Both the position numbers and the translations under genes were made by a program. Positions 25,591 to 34,916 of a stretch of 39,462 bases of DNA are shown one piece after another. Source of the DNA: a virus (taxonomy: Duplodnaviria; Caudoviricetes); IMG/VR virus record IMGVR_UViG_3300044709_000122, positions 1 through 39,462 of that record, one strand, 5' to 3'. Under the pieces are notes generated by a model. That model was given only the letters and a program-made list of their open reading frames with translations, ran no database searches and was not told the origin of the DNA. The stretch's first letter is position 1. Each line of letters opens with the position of its first letter.

Positions 25591-25862
25591 CCTACATCCC
25601 GCCGCGTGTCGTCGTCGACGACGCCTACAACAAGCTGTCCGCGTGGGTCGACGACGACCGTGACCCCGACAACGCCGCCCACGCCCTGGCCACCAACCCG
25701 AACTTGCGCTCCCTGTCACGCGAGACACGCACCGCCGTCCTGGCCCGTTTCCACGATGAATGGCAGCCGGTCGCAGGCAAAGACTTCCTGCCCACCGTCA
25801 CCGAAGGCCAGGCCGACACCGACGCGCTCGAACGGATCCGCGAAGGGCTGCGTGCGTCATGA
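25587..25862 (+). CDS. hypothetical protein
   Basis: SD GAGGAGG, ATGA coupling. Confidence 0.65.
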   Translation: MTYIPPRVVVDDAYNKLSAWVDDDRDPDNAAHALATNPNLRSLSRETRTAVLARFHDEWQPVAGKDFLPTVTEGQADTDALERIREGLRAS

Positions 25863-26302
25863 CCACCAACAAAGTCTTCTACGGTCAGAAGCTGTCCGAA
25901 CGGGAACGTCACGTCGTCGCCCTCGTCGCCCACGGTCTCACCAATGAGCAAATCGGCGCGAAGCTGCACCTCACCTACGACACGATCAAAACCTACACGA
26001 CGTGGATCAACAAAAAGCTTGGCGCTAAGAACCGCGCTCACGCCGTCACCATCGCCGCCGTCCGGGGCTACATCAATCTTCACCAACCGATTGCGGAGGA
26101 GTTCGTTATGGCGTGTGAGTCGAGTGGCTGCTTTGAGGTGGAAGAAACCGCCGCTGGGATGGTCAGCATCCGCGGCGCGGATTCTCCATGGGACGTCCGG
26201 AATTATGCAGTCGATACGACGGAGGCGTGGCTAAAGTTCCGCGACGACATCAAGGCAGGCAAGTGGGACCACATCGGCGAATCCCAGAAGGCGGAGATCT
26301 GA
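25859..26302 (+). CDS. LuxR-type HTH fused to DUF397-like domain
   Basis: LSERERHVVALVAHGLTNEQIG..L.....TIKTY..I..KLGAKNRAHAV then C.SSGCFEV...G.VSIR..DSP...EAW..F...IKAG.WD. Confidence 0.8.
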   Translation: MTTNKVFYGQKLSERERHVVALVAHGLTNEQIGAKLHLTYDTIKTYTTWINKKLGAKNRAHAVTIAAVRGYINLHQPIAEEFVMACESSGCFEVEETAAGMVSIRGADSPWDVRNYAVDTTEAWLKFRDDIKAGKWDHIGESQKAEI

Positions 26303-26793
26303 TGGACATCCTCGCATTCCTCGTCGTCCTGCTCGTCGGCGTGATCCTCGGCTACTGGCTGCAAAACCCGGCTTTGGCCGAACGCGAGCGTGCCATGCGG
26401 CAGAAGCTGCGCCGCGCCAAAGCGTTGCAGTCCGACGCCTGGCTCAAGGTGACCATCTCCCAGGATCAGTTGCGGTTGGTGCAGGCCGTCCGGGAACAAA
26501 CCGTGGCGATGCTCAACTCGCTGGGCAAAGCGAAAGAACTCGACTTGCGGCCCGCGGAGGCGCCGATCTACGAGAACATGCTCAACTGGCTGGCACCGAC
26601 CGGGGCGATGCCGACCCTCGAGCTCGACGAGCTGACCCATCAGCCGGTGCCGCCCGACGATGAGCCGGAACCGGCAGCGCGGGAACGGTTCAGCACACCG
26701 GTGGCGGGGTCTGCGCCGAAACGTAAGCCAGGGCGCAGGGTGTCGGTGGATGTCGGCGGGGACATACGCAGCGAACTGGTGGTGACGCCGTGA
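26302..26793 (+). CDS. membrane-anchored coiled-coil protein
   Basis: N-terminal TM MDILAFLVVLLVGVILGYW; TGATG coupling. Confidence 0.65.
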   Translation: MDILAFLVVLLVGVILGYWLQNPALAERERAMRQKLRRAKALQSDAWLKVTISQDQLRLVQAVREQTVAMLNSLGKAKELDLRPAEAPIYENMLNWLAPTGAMPTLELDELTHQPVPPDDEPEPAARERFSTPVAGSAPKRKPGRRVSVDVGGDIRSELVVTP

Positions 26794-26936
26794 TCCGCAC
26801 CATTCTCCTCATCCCGTTCGGCATCCTCGTCGTCCTGTCCGTCGCCGCGTTTACCGCGCTGGTGCTGCACCAAGAACACGACCACAGCTCAGGCCGCCGC
26901 TGGTTCAAACCCGACGACGGGGAGGACGAGGCGTGA
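26790..26936 (+). CDS. small membrane protein (paralog of 27300-27419)
   Basis: MIRTILLIPFGILVVLSVAAFTALVLHQEHDHSS...; GTGA coupling both ends. Confidence 0.6.
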   Translation: MIRTILLIPFGILVVLSVAAFTALVLHQEHDHSSGRRWFKPDDGEDEA

Positions 26937-27181
26937 GCGCGCGCACCGAACCTCTCGACCTCATCGCGCGGCTGCACCGCTATGCGCTCCAGCGCGACAA
27001 CCCGTCCGGAGCCAAAGCCCGCGACACAGCGATCGACACCTGGCGCCATTACGTCCTCGGCGACCGGTACATGGCGCGTGAGTTCACCCCGGCGCAGATG
27101 CGGCGGGCCAAGCACAAGGCCAACCGGGCCATGGCGCTGGCACGGCTGGCCAAACACATCAACGAAGGAGGCGAAGCGTGA
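26933..27181 (+). CDS. hypothetical protein
   Basis: SD GGAGG, coupled. Confidence 0.6.
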   Translation: MSARTEPLDLIARLHRYALQRDNPSGAKARDTAIDTWRHYVLGDRYMAREFTPAQMRRAKHKANRAMALARLAKHINEGGEA

Positions 27182-27303
27182 AGCAGGTCATCGCTCTCGC
27201 CACCGCTGCCGCGACCGGATTCGGGTTGGGTGCGCTCGCCGTCGGCATCGTCGCATGGCGCATGACCTACGCGGGCGTGCCGAAGAAGGCAGGCAAGAGA
27301 TGA
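27178..27303 (+). CDS. small membrane protein
   Basis: SD AAGGAGG; hydrophobic 41 aa; coupled both ends. Confidence 0.5.
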   Translation: MKQVIALATAAATGFGLGALAVGIVAWRMTYAGVPKKAGKR

Positions 27304-27419
27304 GCGTGCTCATGTGGTTCGCCCTCGGCGTCTGCCTGTTCGGTGTCGCCTGCTTCGTCGCCGCCTTTACCGCGCTGGTGCTGCACCAACAACACGATCA
27401 CAGCGGCGGTGGGCGATGA
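27300..27419 (+). CDS. small membrane protein (paralog of 26790-26936)
   Basis: MSVLMWFALGVCLFGVACFVAAFTALVLHQQHDHSGGGR. Confidence 0.55.
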   Translation: MSVLMWFALGVCLFGVACFVAAFTALVLHQQHDHSGGGR

Positions 27420-27859
27420 GCGACGACGACATCGTTGGTGTGATCGGCCCAGTCGAAGCCAAGCGGCTAGACCATGTGCTGTCCGTGCGCCTGCAGCCCG
27501 ACGTGGCAGCCGCCTTACGGGACATCGCGAACGAGCGCGGAACCACGGTCAGCGAGCTTCTACGACGGGCCGCAATAGCTGCCGCGAACGAGCCCAACGT
27601 CATGCGCATCGAGTGGCTTACACCTCCGACCGTCAGCTATGGCAACGGGACGACGGCAGTGTTCACCGCGCCTCCGTCGATCGACGACGAGGAGCGTGCC
27701 GAGTTGGAACTCCTACGCGCTCAACGCCAAACACTGCTCCAAATGCTCACCCACATCGACGGCGTAGGTGACCGGCATAACGGCCCGTATCCGCAAGCGG
27801 CATGGGTTACCAGCGACACGATCCGCGACATCCTCGGCACCGAAGGCGGTGCCGCATGA
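27416..27859 (+). CDS. ribbon-helix-helix (CopG-like) DNA-binding protein
   Basis: VLSVRLQPDVAAALRDIANERGTTVSELLRRAA. Confidence 0.75.
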   Translation: MSDDDIVGVIGPVEAKRLDHVLSVRLQPDVAAALRDIANERGTTVSELLRRAAIAAANEPNVMRIEWLTPPTVSYGNGTTAVFTAPPSIDDEERAELELLRAQRQTLLQMLTHIDGVGDRHNGPYPQAAWVTSDTIRDILGTEGGAA

Positions 27860-28008
27860 GCGCGGGCCGTCTCGCACTGATCGCCGTGACCGCGGGCGGC
27901 GGCATCGCCGTCGGAGTCGCCATCGCCTTCGGCATCGTCTGGTGGGCCAGCGGACCCAGCCGCAAAGAAAGCATCCGGCAGCGCGCCACACGACGGGAGC
28001 ACAGCTGA
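27856..28008 (+). CDS. small membrane protein
   Basis: ATGA coupling; one TM. Confidence 0.5.
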   Translation: MSAGRLALIAVTAGGGIAVGVAIAFGIVWWASGPSRKESIRQRATRREHS

Positions 28009-28283
28009 TGAACCCGATCCGCTGGGCTGTGCGCCGCTGGGCTGACCCGATCCTGCGCGCCGAAAACGACAGGCTCAAGGGCGACATTGCCGCAGTCGTC
28101 AGCCGCATCAACGCATTGGATGCCCGCGCGACCGTGCTGCTCCAAAAGCAGGCCCGCCCCGGGTCCGGATGGAAGCCCTCACCCGACTTGCAGGCCGCCA
28201 TGGACCGGCAGACCGTACGGCGCAAAGCCCACACGGCAGCCGGCGACGAGGAAGCCGCGGACAAGCGGGTGAGAGACCAATGA
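28008..28283 (+). CDS. hypothetical protein
   Basis: TGATG coupling; MNPIRWAVRRW... Confidence 0.55.
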   Translation: MNPIRWAVRRWADPILRAENDRLKGDIAAVVSRINALDARATVLLQKQARPGSGWKPSPDLQAAMDRQTVRRKAHTAAGDEEAADKRVRDQ

Positions 28284-29101
28284 GCATCAGGCGCGTCAAC
28301 CGCGGCAAGTCCCACTCCTACGTGGACAGCGACACCGGCACCCGCATCCCCGGCACCACGACCATCATCGGCGAAGGGGTCCCAAAACCCGCGCTCATCA
28401 ACTGGTCCGCCAACGCTACCGCTGAGGCCGCCGTAGACCGGTGGGAAGAGCTGAGCGCGCTCGCGCCGTCCGCCCGCCTCAAAGTGCTTCAGGGCGCGCG
28501 TTACGCCGTCAAGGACGAGGCCGCCAACCGGGGCACGCTCGTGCACAACTGCGCCGAGAAACTTGTCCACGGCGACCGCGTTACCATCCCCGCCGGGCTC
28601 GAAGGATATGTCGAGTCCTACGTCCACTTCCTCGACGAGTTCGACGTCCAGCCCATGCTGGTCGAGAAGACGGTCTGGTCACAGCAGCACAACTACTGCG
28701 GCACGTTCGACCTGATCGCCGAGCTGCTCGACCCGGAGGACCCCGAACCCGACCCGGAGTTGCGCCGCCGCCATGTCTGGCTGCTGGACATCAAGACCAA
28801 CCGGTCCGGGATCTTCGGCGAGACGGCACTGCAACTGGCCGCCTACCGATACGCCGACTTCTGGATCGACGAAGACAAGGACGCCGAAGTCGAGATGCCC
28901 GAGGTCGACCGGACCGGCGCGGTGCATGTGCGCGCGGACGGCTACGACCTCGTGCCCGTCGAGGCGGGACCGTTGCAGCACCGCTACTTCCTGTACGCGC
29001 AGCAGATCGCCGAGTTCACCGCCACCTCACGCGAGCTCGTCGGCGAACCGGTCATCAGCCCGCGCTCAAGCGTGTGGCGTCTGGCCCGGGAGGAATCATG
29101 A
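28280..29101 (+). CDS. PD-(D/E)XK exonuclease (RecE/Cas4-like)
   Basis: PGTTTII..G.PKPALINW, RGTLVH, E, YCGTFDL, LLDIKT, ALQLAAY; adjacent to ERF. Confidence 0.88.
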   Translation: MSIRRVNRGKSHSYVDSDTGTRIPGTTTIIGEGVPKPALINWSANATAEAAVDRWEELSALAPSARLKVLQGARYAVKDEAANRGTLVHNCAEKLVHGDRVTIPAGLEGYVESYVHFLDEFDVQPMLVEKTVWSQQHNYCGTFDLIAELLDPEDPEPDPELRRRHVWLLDIKTNRSGIFGETALQLAAYRYADFWIDEDKDAEVEMPEVDRTGAVHVRADGYDLVPVEAGPLQHRYFLYAQQIAEFTATSRELVGEPVISPRSSVWRLAREES

Positions 29102-29850
29102 GCGAGCCGACGATGGCCAACCTGGCCGCAGCACTGGCCAAGGTGCAGGCGCAACTGCCCAAGCTGGAACGCGACCGCACCGTCACCGTGCAGCAGAAGA
29201 ACGGCGACACCTACTCCTACTCGTATGCGACGCTGGCGAACCTGTCCGAGACCGTGCTGCCGCTGCTGGCCAGTCACGGGCTGAGCTTCGCCGCGATGCC
29301 CGGCGTGGGGGCGGACGGCAAGATGTGCGTGCGCTACCTGCTGCTACACGAGTCCGGCGAACAGCTCTCCGGCGAGTTCCCGATCTCCGGCGAGGGCGGC
29401 ATCCAGATGATCGGCGGCCGGATCACCTACGCCCGCCGGTACTGTCTGGCCGCGATCGTCGGTGTCGCCGCCGACGAGGACGACGAGGCGCGGCTTTCCG
29501 ATGAGTCGCCACGTGGTACCGCGCAGCGCGCCACACGAGCAACGCCAAGCGCCCGGCAGGCATCGTCCCCGGCATCGGACGCACCGGCGGCCAAGACGGC
29601 GCAGCGGGCGTCTCAGCCGGCCCCGCCGCCGCTTCCCGGCGATGACGGGCCGAGGCGTATCAGCGACAAGCAGCTGACCAAGCTGCACATCCTGATGGGC
29701 GAGGCGGGATACAGCGCCGAGAACCGCGACGAAGGTCTGGCGTTCCTGTCGGGGAAGGTGGGCCGGGATCTGACGACGTCGAAGGAGCTCACACTCCGCG
29801 AGGCCGCACAGATCATCGACGCTCTTGAGCGAAAGTCGGTGCCCTCATGA
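29098..29850 (+). CDS. ERF-family single-strand annealing protein
   Basis: LAAALAKVQ, YSYATL, LLHESGE, Q.IG..ITYARRY.L.AIVGVA..EDD. Confidence 0.92.
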   Translation: MSEPTMANLAAALAKVQAQLPKLERDRTVTVQQKNGDTYSYSYATLANLSETVLPLLASHGLSFAAMPGVGADGKMCVRYLLLHESGEQLSGEFPISGEGGIQMIGGRITYARRYCLAAIVGVAADEDDEARLSDESPRGTAQRATRATPSARQASSPASDAPAAKTAQRASQPAPPPLPGDDGPRRISDKQLTKLHILMGEAGYSAENRDEGLAFLSGKVGRDLTTSKELTLREAAQIIDALERKSVPS

Positions 29851-29957
29851 TCGAGCCGTTTGTGTCGGCGGAATGCCGCAGCGACGGGTGCGGGTCGTGC
29901 CAGGACGGCGGCTGCACCTGCGGCTGCCACCACATCGGCGACGAGGAGGCAGCGTGA
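29847..29957 (+). CDS. 36-aa Cys-rich peptide
   Basis: MIEPFVSAECRSDGCGSCQDGGCTCGCHHIGDEEAA; coupled both ends. Confidence 0.6.
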   Translation: MIEPFVSAECRSDGCGSCQDGGCTCGCHHIGDEEAA

Positions 29958-30157
29958 GCACCTACGAGGCGATGGCGCGCGCATTCCAGATCTTCGCCGA
30001 GTACAGCGGCCACGGACGCGCCGGTATCAGCGCTGAACATGACGTGATCTATGCGGGGCCAGATCCTTCGGTTGTCAGCGAAGAGCATCTGATGGAGCTG
30101 GCTGAACTGTTCTGGCTGCCAGAGCCCGAGTTCGACACGTTCCGGAGGTTCACATGA
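29954..30157 (+). CDS. hypothetical protein
   Basis: SD GAGGAGG; AEHDVIY..PDP..VSEE. Confidence 0.65.
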   Translation: MSTYEAMARAFQIFAEYSGHGRAGISAEHDVIYAGPDPSVVSEEHLMELAELFWLPEPEFDTFRRFT

Positions 30158-30528
30158 CCGCCGCCGACGCCCGCGAGCAGATCCCCGACGCGGTCCACTG
30201 GGCGGCACTGCTCGCCTACGCCCAGAAACGCTGGCATGGCGTCACCGACATCCACGACCCGGCCACCTCGCAGCTGCTGGACAACGAGGTCCACGAGGAG
30301 GCGTTCAACGCCGCTCTTGCCTCCGCCTTCCGCGCGGGCGCTGAGGCGGCGCTGGACCGCGACGAATGGCGGGTGTCCAGCGTGGAGCCGCAATATTCGA
30401 CAGCGGAATCATTCAACGACCGGGCCGATGCTGAGCAAATGTGCGCCGTCCTGAACAAGAAATACGGCGGCTTCTGGATCGAGCACCGCCGGGTCGGGGC
30501 CAGTGGGTGGCAGAAGGTGCAGCCGTGA
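30154..30528 (+). CDS. hypothetical protein
   Basis: SD GGAGG, coupled. Confidence 0.6.
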   Translation: MTAADAREQIPDAVHWAALLAYAQKRWHGVTDIHDPATSQLLDNEVHEEAFNAALASAFRAGAEAALDRDEWRVSSVEPQYSTAESFNDRADAEQMCAVLNKKYGGFWIEHRRVGASGWQKVQP

Positions 30529-30664
30529 GTCAGCTCGACGATCTTCTCCCGGACGACGACCACCCGGACTCGCCCGCGTTCCGCCGCGCCCTCCTCGTCG
30601 AACTACGGAAGATCGTCATCGTCCGGCGCGGGGTCACACTACGGCTACGCAGAAAGGGACGGAC

Positions 30665-31015
30665 ATGACCGCGCTCCCCATGTCCGAGAACGACCTCAAA
30701 GACACCGTCATCGGCATGTGCCACGCCTTGCACCTGCTCGTCGCCCACTTCCGGCCCGCGCAAATCCGGCCCGGGAAATGGGTGACACCCGTCGAAGCCG
30801 ACGGTGCCGGGTTCCCAGACTGTGTGATCACAGGGCCGGGCGGGGTGGCGTTCGCCGAACTGAAAGCCGAAGGCAAATACCCGAGCGCCGAACAACGCGT
30901 GTGGCTCAACAAGCTCGCTAAGGCCGGCGCCGACGTCTACGTGTGGCGGCCCAGACATCTACGCGACGGCACCATCGAGGCCGCGCTCAAACTGCTCGCG
31001 GCGGCACGCCCATGA
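30665..31015 (+). CDS. VRR-NUC domain nuclease
   Basis: GFPDCV, FAELKAE.....EQ..W...L......YVWRP. Confidence 0.88.
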   Translation: MTALPMSENDLKDTVIGMCHALHLLVAHFRPAQIRPGKWVTPVEADGAGFPDCVITGPGGVAFAELKAEGKYPSAEQRVWLNKLAKAGADVYVWRPRHLRDGTIEAALKLLAAARP

Positions 31016-31686
31016 AACCGACAATGCTCGATCTTTACTGCGGGGCTGGCGGAAGCGCCCGCGGATACCAACAAGCCGGATTCCACGTCACCGGCGTCGA
31101 CCACAAACCCCAACCCCGCTACGCCGGCGACCGGTTCATCCAAGGCGACGCCCTCGAACACCTGAAAGCACACGGCCACGAATACGACGCCGTCCACGCC
31201 TCACCGCCGTGCCAGGACCACTCGCCCCTCAAATCGCGCGCGGGCGAACACGGCACAGGTTGGCTACTCGAAGCCACCCTCGAAACCCTCACCACGCAGC
31301 CGGCTGTCTGGGTAATCGAAAACGTCGGCGCCGCACACAACCGCGCCGATCTACTCCTGTGCGGCGAAATGTTCGGTCTACGCACCATCCGCCACCGCCG
31401 CTTCACCGTCGACCCGCGCTTCGCCGGACTCCTCGCCGTGCCGCCGCACCCCAGACACAGTCGGCCCACGTCGACCTTCCAGCGGCCAGCGCATTTCGCG
31501 GACGGCTATCACATCTCGGTCACCGGGGACGTTGGCGTCTGGGTTGGCCCCGCATGCATGGGCATCGACTGGATGAGCGGCGCCGAACTTTCGCAGGCGA
31601 TCCCGCCGGCCTACACCCGTTTCATCGGCGAGCAGTTGATCGACTGCCTCATGCCGCTCGGCACCGCACACAAGGAGGACCTGTGA
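31012..31686 (+). CDS. DNA (cytosine-5) methyltransferase, short orphan type
   Basis: Motif I DLYCGAGG, IV ASPPCQ, VI ENV, VIII R.R.F, X QAIPP. Confidence 0.9.
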   Translation: MKPTMLDLYCGAGGSARGYQQAGFHVTGVDHKPQPRYAGDRFIQGDALEHLKAHGHEYDAVHASPPCQDHSPLKSRAGEHGTGWLLEATLETLTTQPAVWVIENVGAAHNRADLLLCGEMFGLRTIRHRRFTVDPRFAGLLAVPPHPRHSRPTSTFQRPAHFADGYHISVTGDVGVWVGPACMGIDWMSGAELSQAIPPAYTRFIGEQLIDCLMPLGTAHKEDL

Positions 31687-31988
31687 CACCGAAGCAGCAG
31701 CTGACAGAGCTACTGACCTGCACCCAGCGCAACTGGCGCAAGGTCATGGACGGGCCCGACCTGCCACGTGAAGAGCGTATGCACACCATGGCGCACGCCT
31801 GCTCCTACTTCTCCAGCGCCTGGCTGCTGCGCGCGCTGATCCAGGCCGACGAGGAAGCCGCGCGGGAGGCAGTCCGCCGCCTGGACGGCATCCTCAACGA
31901 CGGCGGCGCGGTCGGCGAGTGGACATGGGATCTGCTGCAGGAGTTGGGCATAGATCCCGCCTCACTGGCCACGGAGGCAAACAAGTGA
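31683..31988 (+). CDS. hypothetical protein
   Basis: SD AAGGAGG, coupled. Confidence 0.6.
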   Translation: MTPKQQLTELLTCTQRNWRKVMDGPDLPREERMHTMAHACSYFSSAWLLRALIQADEEAAREAVRRLDGILNDGGAVGEWTWDLLQELGIDPASLATEANK

Positions 31989-33004
31989 GCGACGAGATAG
32001 AGCGGTCCGAACGGCAGGCCGACGAGCATTACCACCGGCAACTCGTCTCCCGCGACAACACGATCGCCGAGCTTGGCGCGTCCAACGCCCGGCTCATCGA
32101 AGAACGCGACCAGCTGCGTGCCGAGCTTGACCAACTCCACGCCAACGCCGAGATGGTGGCGCACCTGAAAGCCGCGACGATCGTCAAGGAACGCGACGAA
32201 TTGCGCGAACGGATGTATGGACTGGAGCAATGGCGCAGGCTGGTCTCCGACTTAGACCGTTGCCCGCACGGCCGCCACGAAGGCGACACCTGCGCAGGCT
32301 GGCGCGGCCCCGGCCTATACGACGGCGGTTGCCGAGACGGCATCAGCCTGGGCAACCCGCTGCTCGGCGGTATGGCAGTACTGGGCGTCGGCCTCGACGG
32401 CGCGCAGCTAATCCGGGTACCCGAAGAAAAGGCCGATCGGGTCAACGCCGAGCGCTGGTATGCCCCCGCTGAACCGGGCGAGATGTTGCATCACCACCTC
32501 GCTGGCTATGTGGGCCAAGAGGAGGCCGCGAAGGTCGGCCTAACCCCGGACTCCCGCGAGGCTCCCACCAACACCCACACGTGGGAGCAAGAGCGCGACG
32601 AGTGGGGCCATAGCCCGGGCGAACGGTGTGAGAGCACCCACAACACCGGCGAGGAGATCGTGCGCTGCTACCGCATGAAGGGCCACACCAAACAGCACGC
32701 GTCGGGCATCTTCACGTACTCGCCACGGTGGTCCGACACCGTGGACGAGGACGCCGACTACATCCTGCCCAGCATGGGCACCGTCGTCGGCGAATGGGTG
32801 AGCGTCCCGGCAGCGCAGCACGAGGCCGAGCGCAAGGCCCTGGACGCGCTGCGACAGTGGCGGAAGGACTTCGCAGTCTGGCGCATCGACGCCCCGATGG
32901 GCGATCTCATCGCCGCCGTGGACGGGCTCGACGCGGCAACCGGTGAGGCCACACCGAACCCACCCGGCAACGAAGACGACGGCGGCGTTGGAGTGAAGCC
33001 ATGA
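31985..33004 (+). CDS. mosaic hypothetical protein (coiled coil + Cys/His motifs)
   Basis: LDRCPHGRHEGDTC..W and C.S.H....C....GH...H motifs. Confidence 0.6.
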   Translation: MSDEIERSERQADEHYHRQLVSRDNTIAELGASNARLIEERDQLRAELDQLHANAEMVAHLKAATIVKERDELRERMYGLEQWRRLVSDLDRCPHGRHEGDTCAGWRGPGLYDGGCRDGISLGNPLLGGMAVLGVGLDGAQLIRVPEEKADRVNAERWYAPAEPGEMLHHHLAGYVGQEEAAKVGLTPDSREAPTNTHTWEQERDEWGHSPGERCESTHNTGEEIVRCYRMKGHTKQHASGIFTYSPRWSDTVDEDADYILPSMGTVVGEWVSVPAAQHEAERKALDALRQWRKDFAVWRIDAPMGDLIAAVDGLDAATGEATPNPPGNEDDGGVGVKP

Positions 33005-33438
33005 CTAAGGCAGCCATCTGCGTGCACTGCTGGGACATCATCAGCCCATACCGTTACTGGGAGACGGACCGCCGCTGGCGCTGGTGCGAATGCGAGCATG
33101 CCGCCGTCCGCTGGCGTGACGGTTACCGAGGACTCCTCGAAGTCACCACCCTCCATGGCCCTGATCACGTCCGCGTCCTTGGCATCAACAACAGCTTCCT
33201 CACCGCAGCGATCCAATCGGGCTCCGCTTTTAGTCCCGACGAATGGCGAGAATTCCACACCGCCAGCACTGATGCTGTCGCACCGAATTACCTGTTCCAC
33301 AAGGACAAGCGGGCCTGCTGGGCACTACTGATCGCCATCGGCGAGAGCGGCGACGTGACCTACGTGCCCCCTGGTGAGGTGCTCACCGCCGCTCCTGCCG
33401 TCTCGGGCGGCACGGCACACGACGGCGGGGAGGCGTGA
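33001..33438 (+). CDS. hypothetical Zn-binding protein
   Basis: KAAICVHCWDII...WCEC. Confidence 0.65.
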   Translation: MTKAAICVHCWDIISPYRYWETDRRWRWCECEHAAVRWRDGYRGLLEVTTLHGPDHVRVLGINNSFLTAAIQSGSAFSPDEWREFHTASTDAVAPNYLFHKDKRACWALLIAIGESGDVTYVPPGEVLTAAPAVSGGTAHDGGEA

Positions 33439-33776
33439 TGCAGCTCGACCTCACCGAGGCGCTACAGGCCGCGCAAGTCAGGGCAGCCCAACTCGGATAC
33501 GGAGCCGTGGACGACCGCATCCTGTTCGCCTATGGCCGCGTGGCCATACCGATCATCGAGCGGCAGGTGCGGGAGAAGGTCGCGCAGGAGATCAAAGACT
33601 TCGCCAAGGAAGCCGCGAAGACCGACTCACCCGACGCGATCCTCGGCCTCATCACCGCATCCCACATCGCAAGCGGCCAGAAGGCGTCGTCATTCGACCA
33701 GTTGGCAGACGAGCTAGACGCCGCCATCGCCCGCGGTGATGCGGCGGGAAACGAAACGACAGGAGGAGACAGGTGA
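33438..33776 (+). CDS. hypothetical protein
   Basis: SD GGAGG, coupled. Confidence 0.55.
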   Translation: MQLDLTEALQAAQVRAAQLGYGAVDDRILFAYGRVAIPIIERQVREKVAQEIKDFAKEAAKTDSPDAILGLITASHIASGQKASSFDQLADELDAAIARGDAAGNETTGGDR

Positions 33777-34024
33777 GCGACACCATCCCGTACAGCAAGG
33801 TCAAACAGGTGCTTGCGCTGCTGGACATCGCAGACCCGACAGTCGTCACGTTCGTCCGCATGGACGCACACGAGATCGCCATCAGCTACATCACCGACAA
33901 GGCACGGCTCGGCTTGCGCGGCGGCCTGCTCCTGGAGGAGGTCACAAAGCGCATCGACTACAGCGAGCCGCATCCGGACGCGCCGCACTACGAGCAACCC
34001 GCAGAAGCGGCGCGGCACGGGTAG
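33773..34024 (+). CDS. hypothetical protein
   Basis: SD AGGAG, coupled. Confidence 0.55.
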   Translation: MSDTIPYSKVKQVLALLDIADPTVVTFVRMDAHEIAISYITDKARLGLRGGLLLEEVTKRIDYSEPHPDAPHYEQPAEAARHG

Positions 34025-34115
34025 CAACACCACGGCACGGCACGGCGCGGCAGGGCTAGCGGCAGCCGGCCCACACCAGACAGGCAAGACGCAAACGAAA
34101 GAAAGCGAGGAACGG

Positions 34116-34916
34116 GTGGCACGTATCCGCTCGGTCAAGCCCGAACTGCGCGATTCGAGGATCGTGCAGACGTGGCCGTTCGAGGTCCGCTACTTCTGGG
34201 TGCTCTTCTGGGGGTACCTGGATGACTTCGGCCGCGGCCACGACATGCCCAAGCGGATAGCCGGCGACTGCTTCCCCAACGACGACGTCACCGCCCAAGA
34301 CATCGACAAGTGGCTTGACCTGATGACGCACGGCATCGACGAGCGGCCCGCCCCGGTGTGCCGCTACGAGGTCGCAGGCAGCCGATACATCCATGCAGTG
34401 AACTGGTCAGAACATCAGAAGCCGAACCGCCCGACGAAGTCACGCATCCCCAAATGCCCACTCCATGAGCCGCTCAGTGAGGATGACAGTGAGCCCCTCA
34501 ACGGGAATGCAGTGCTGGGAGCAGCGGCAGCAGCAGAGCAGGGGAGCAGGGGAGCAGCAGCACCGGCGCGTGAGCCCGTCACTGAACTCGCCCCCGGAAC
34601 CGACCAAGCCGCCCGCCTGATCGTCGACGCCGCGTACGTCGACCCCGCTCTCGCCATCGAAGCCGCCCAGCTCATCGCCCGGGAACGCAAGCACCGCAAC
34701 CTACCCGGCCTCGTCTCAAGCATCATCACCGCCGGCGAACTCGGCCAGTGGCTACCCAAAGCCGAAGCGGCCCTTCAAAAACGCGCGGTTGCCGCCGCAC
34801 AAGCTGCGGCACGCGCATCGCCGCCCTGCGCACATGGAGTCCCCGGAGGCGACCAGCTCCATCCCGTTAGCCATGAACCGTTTTGCCCACAATGCCGTAG
34901 GGAGGCCAGAGCATGA
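34116..34916 (+). CDS. phage replication initiator / replisome organizer
   Basis: ARIRSVKPE, LDDFGRG, NWSEHQKPNRPTKSRIP motifs; internal repeats; C-terminal C.HG..C..C. Confidence 0.82.
   Translation: MARIRSVKPELRDSRIVQTWPFEVRYFWVLFWGYLDDFGRGHDMPKRIAGDCFPNDDVTAQDIDKWLDLMTHGIDERPAPVCRYEVAGSRYIHAVNWSEHQKPNRPTKSRIPKCPLHEPLSEDDSEPLNGNAVLGAAAAAEQGSRGAAAPAREPVTELAPGTDQAARLIVDAAYVDPALAIEAAQLIARERKHRNLPGLVSSIITAGELGQWLPKAEAALQKRAVAAAQAAARASPPCAHGVPGGDQLHPVSHEPFCPQCRREARA
34460..34590 (+). repeat. iteron-like repeats within initiator gene (candidate origin)
   Basis: GAGCAGGG GAGCAGGG GAGCAG and repeated (CAG)TGAGCC/CAGTGAG motifs in the linker region. Confidence 0.55.

Noticed and set aside
26840-27404. 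DGR template/variable repeat pair
   Set aside because: Mismatches are not adenine-specific and there is no reverse transcriptase in the window.
31012-31686. Restriction-modification system
   Set aside because: Orphan short C5 methylase typical of phage early regions; the neighbouring VRR-NUC is not a cognate restriction enzyme.
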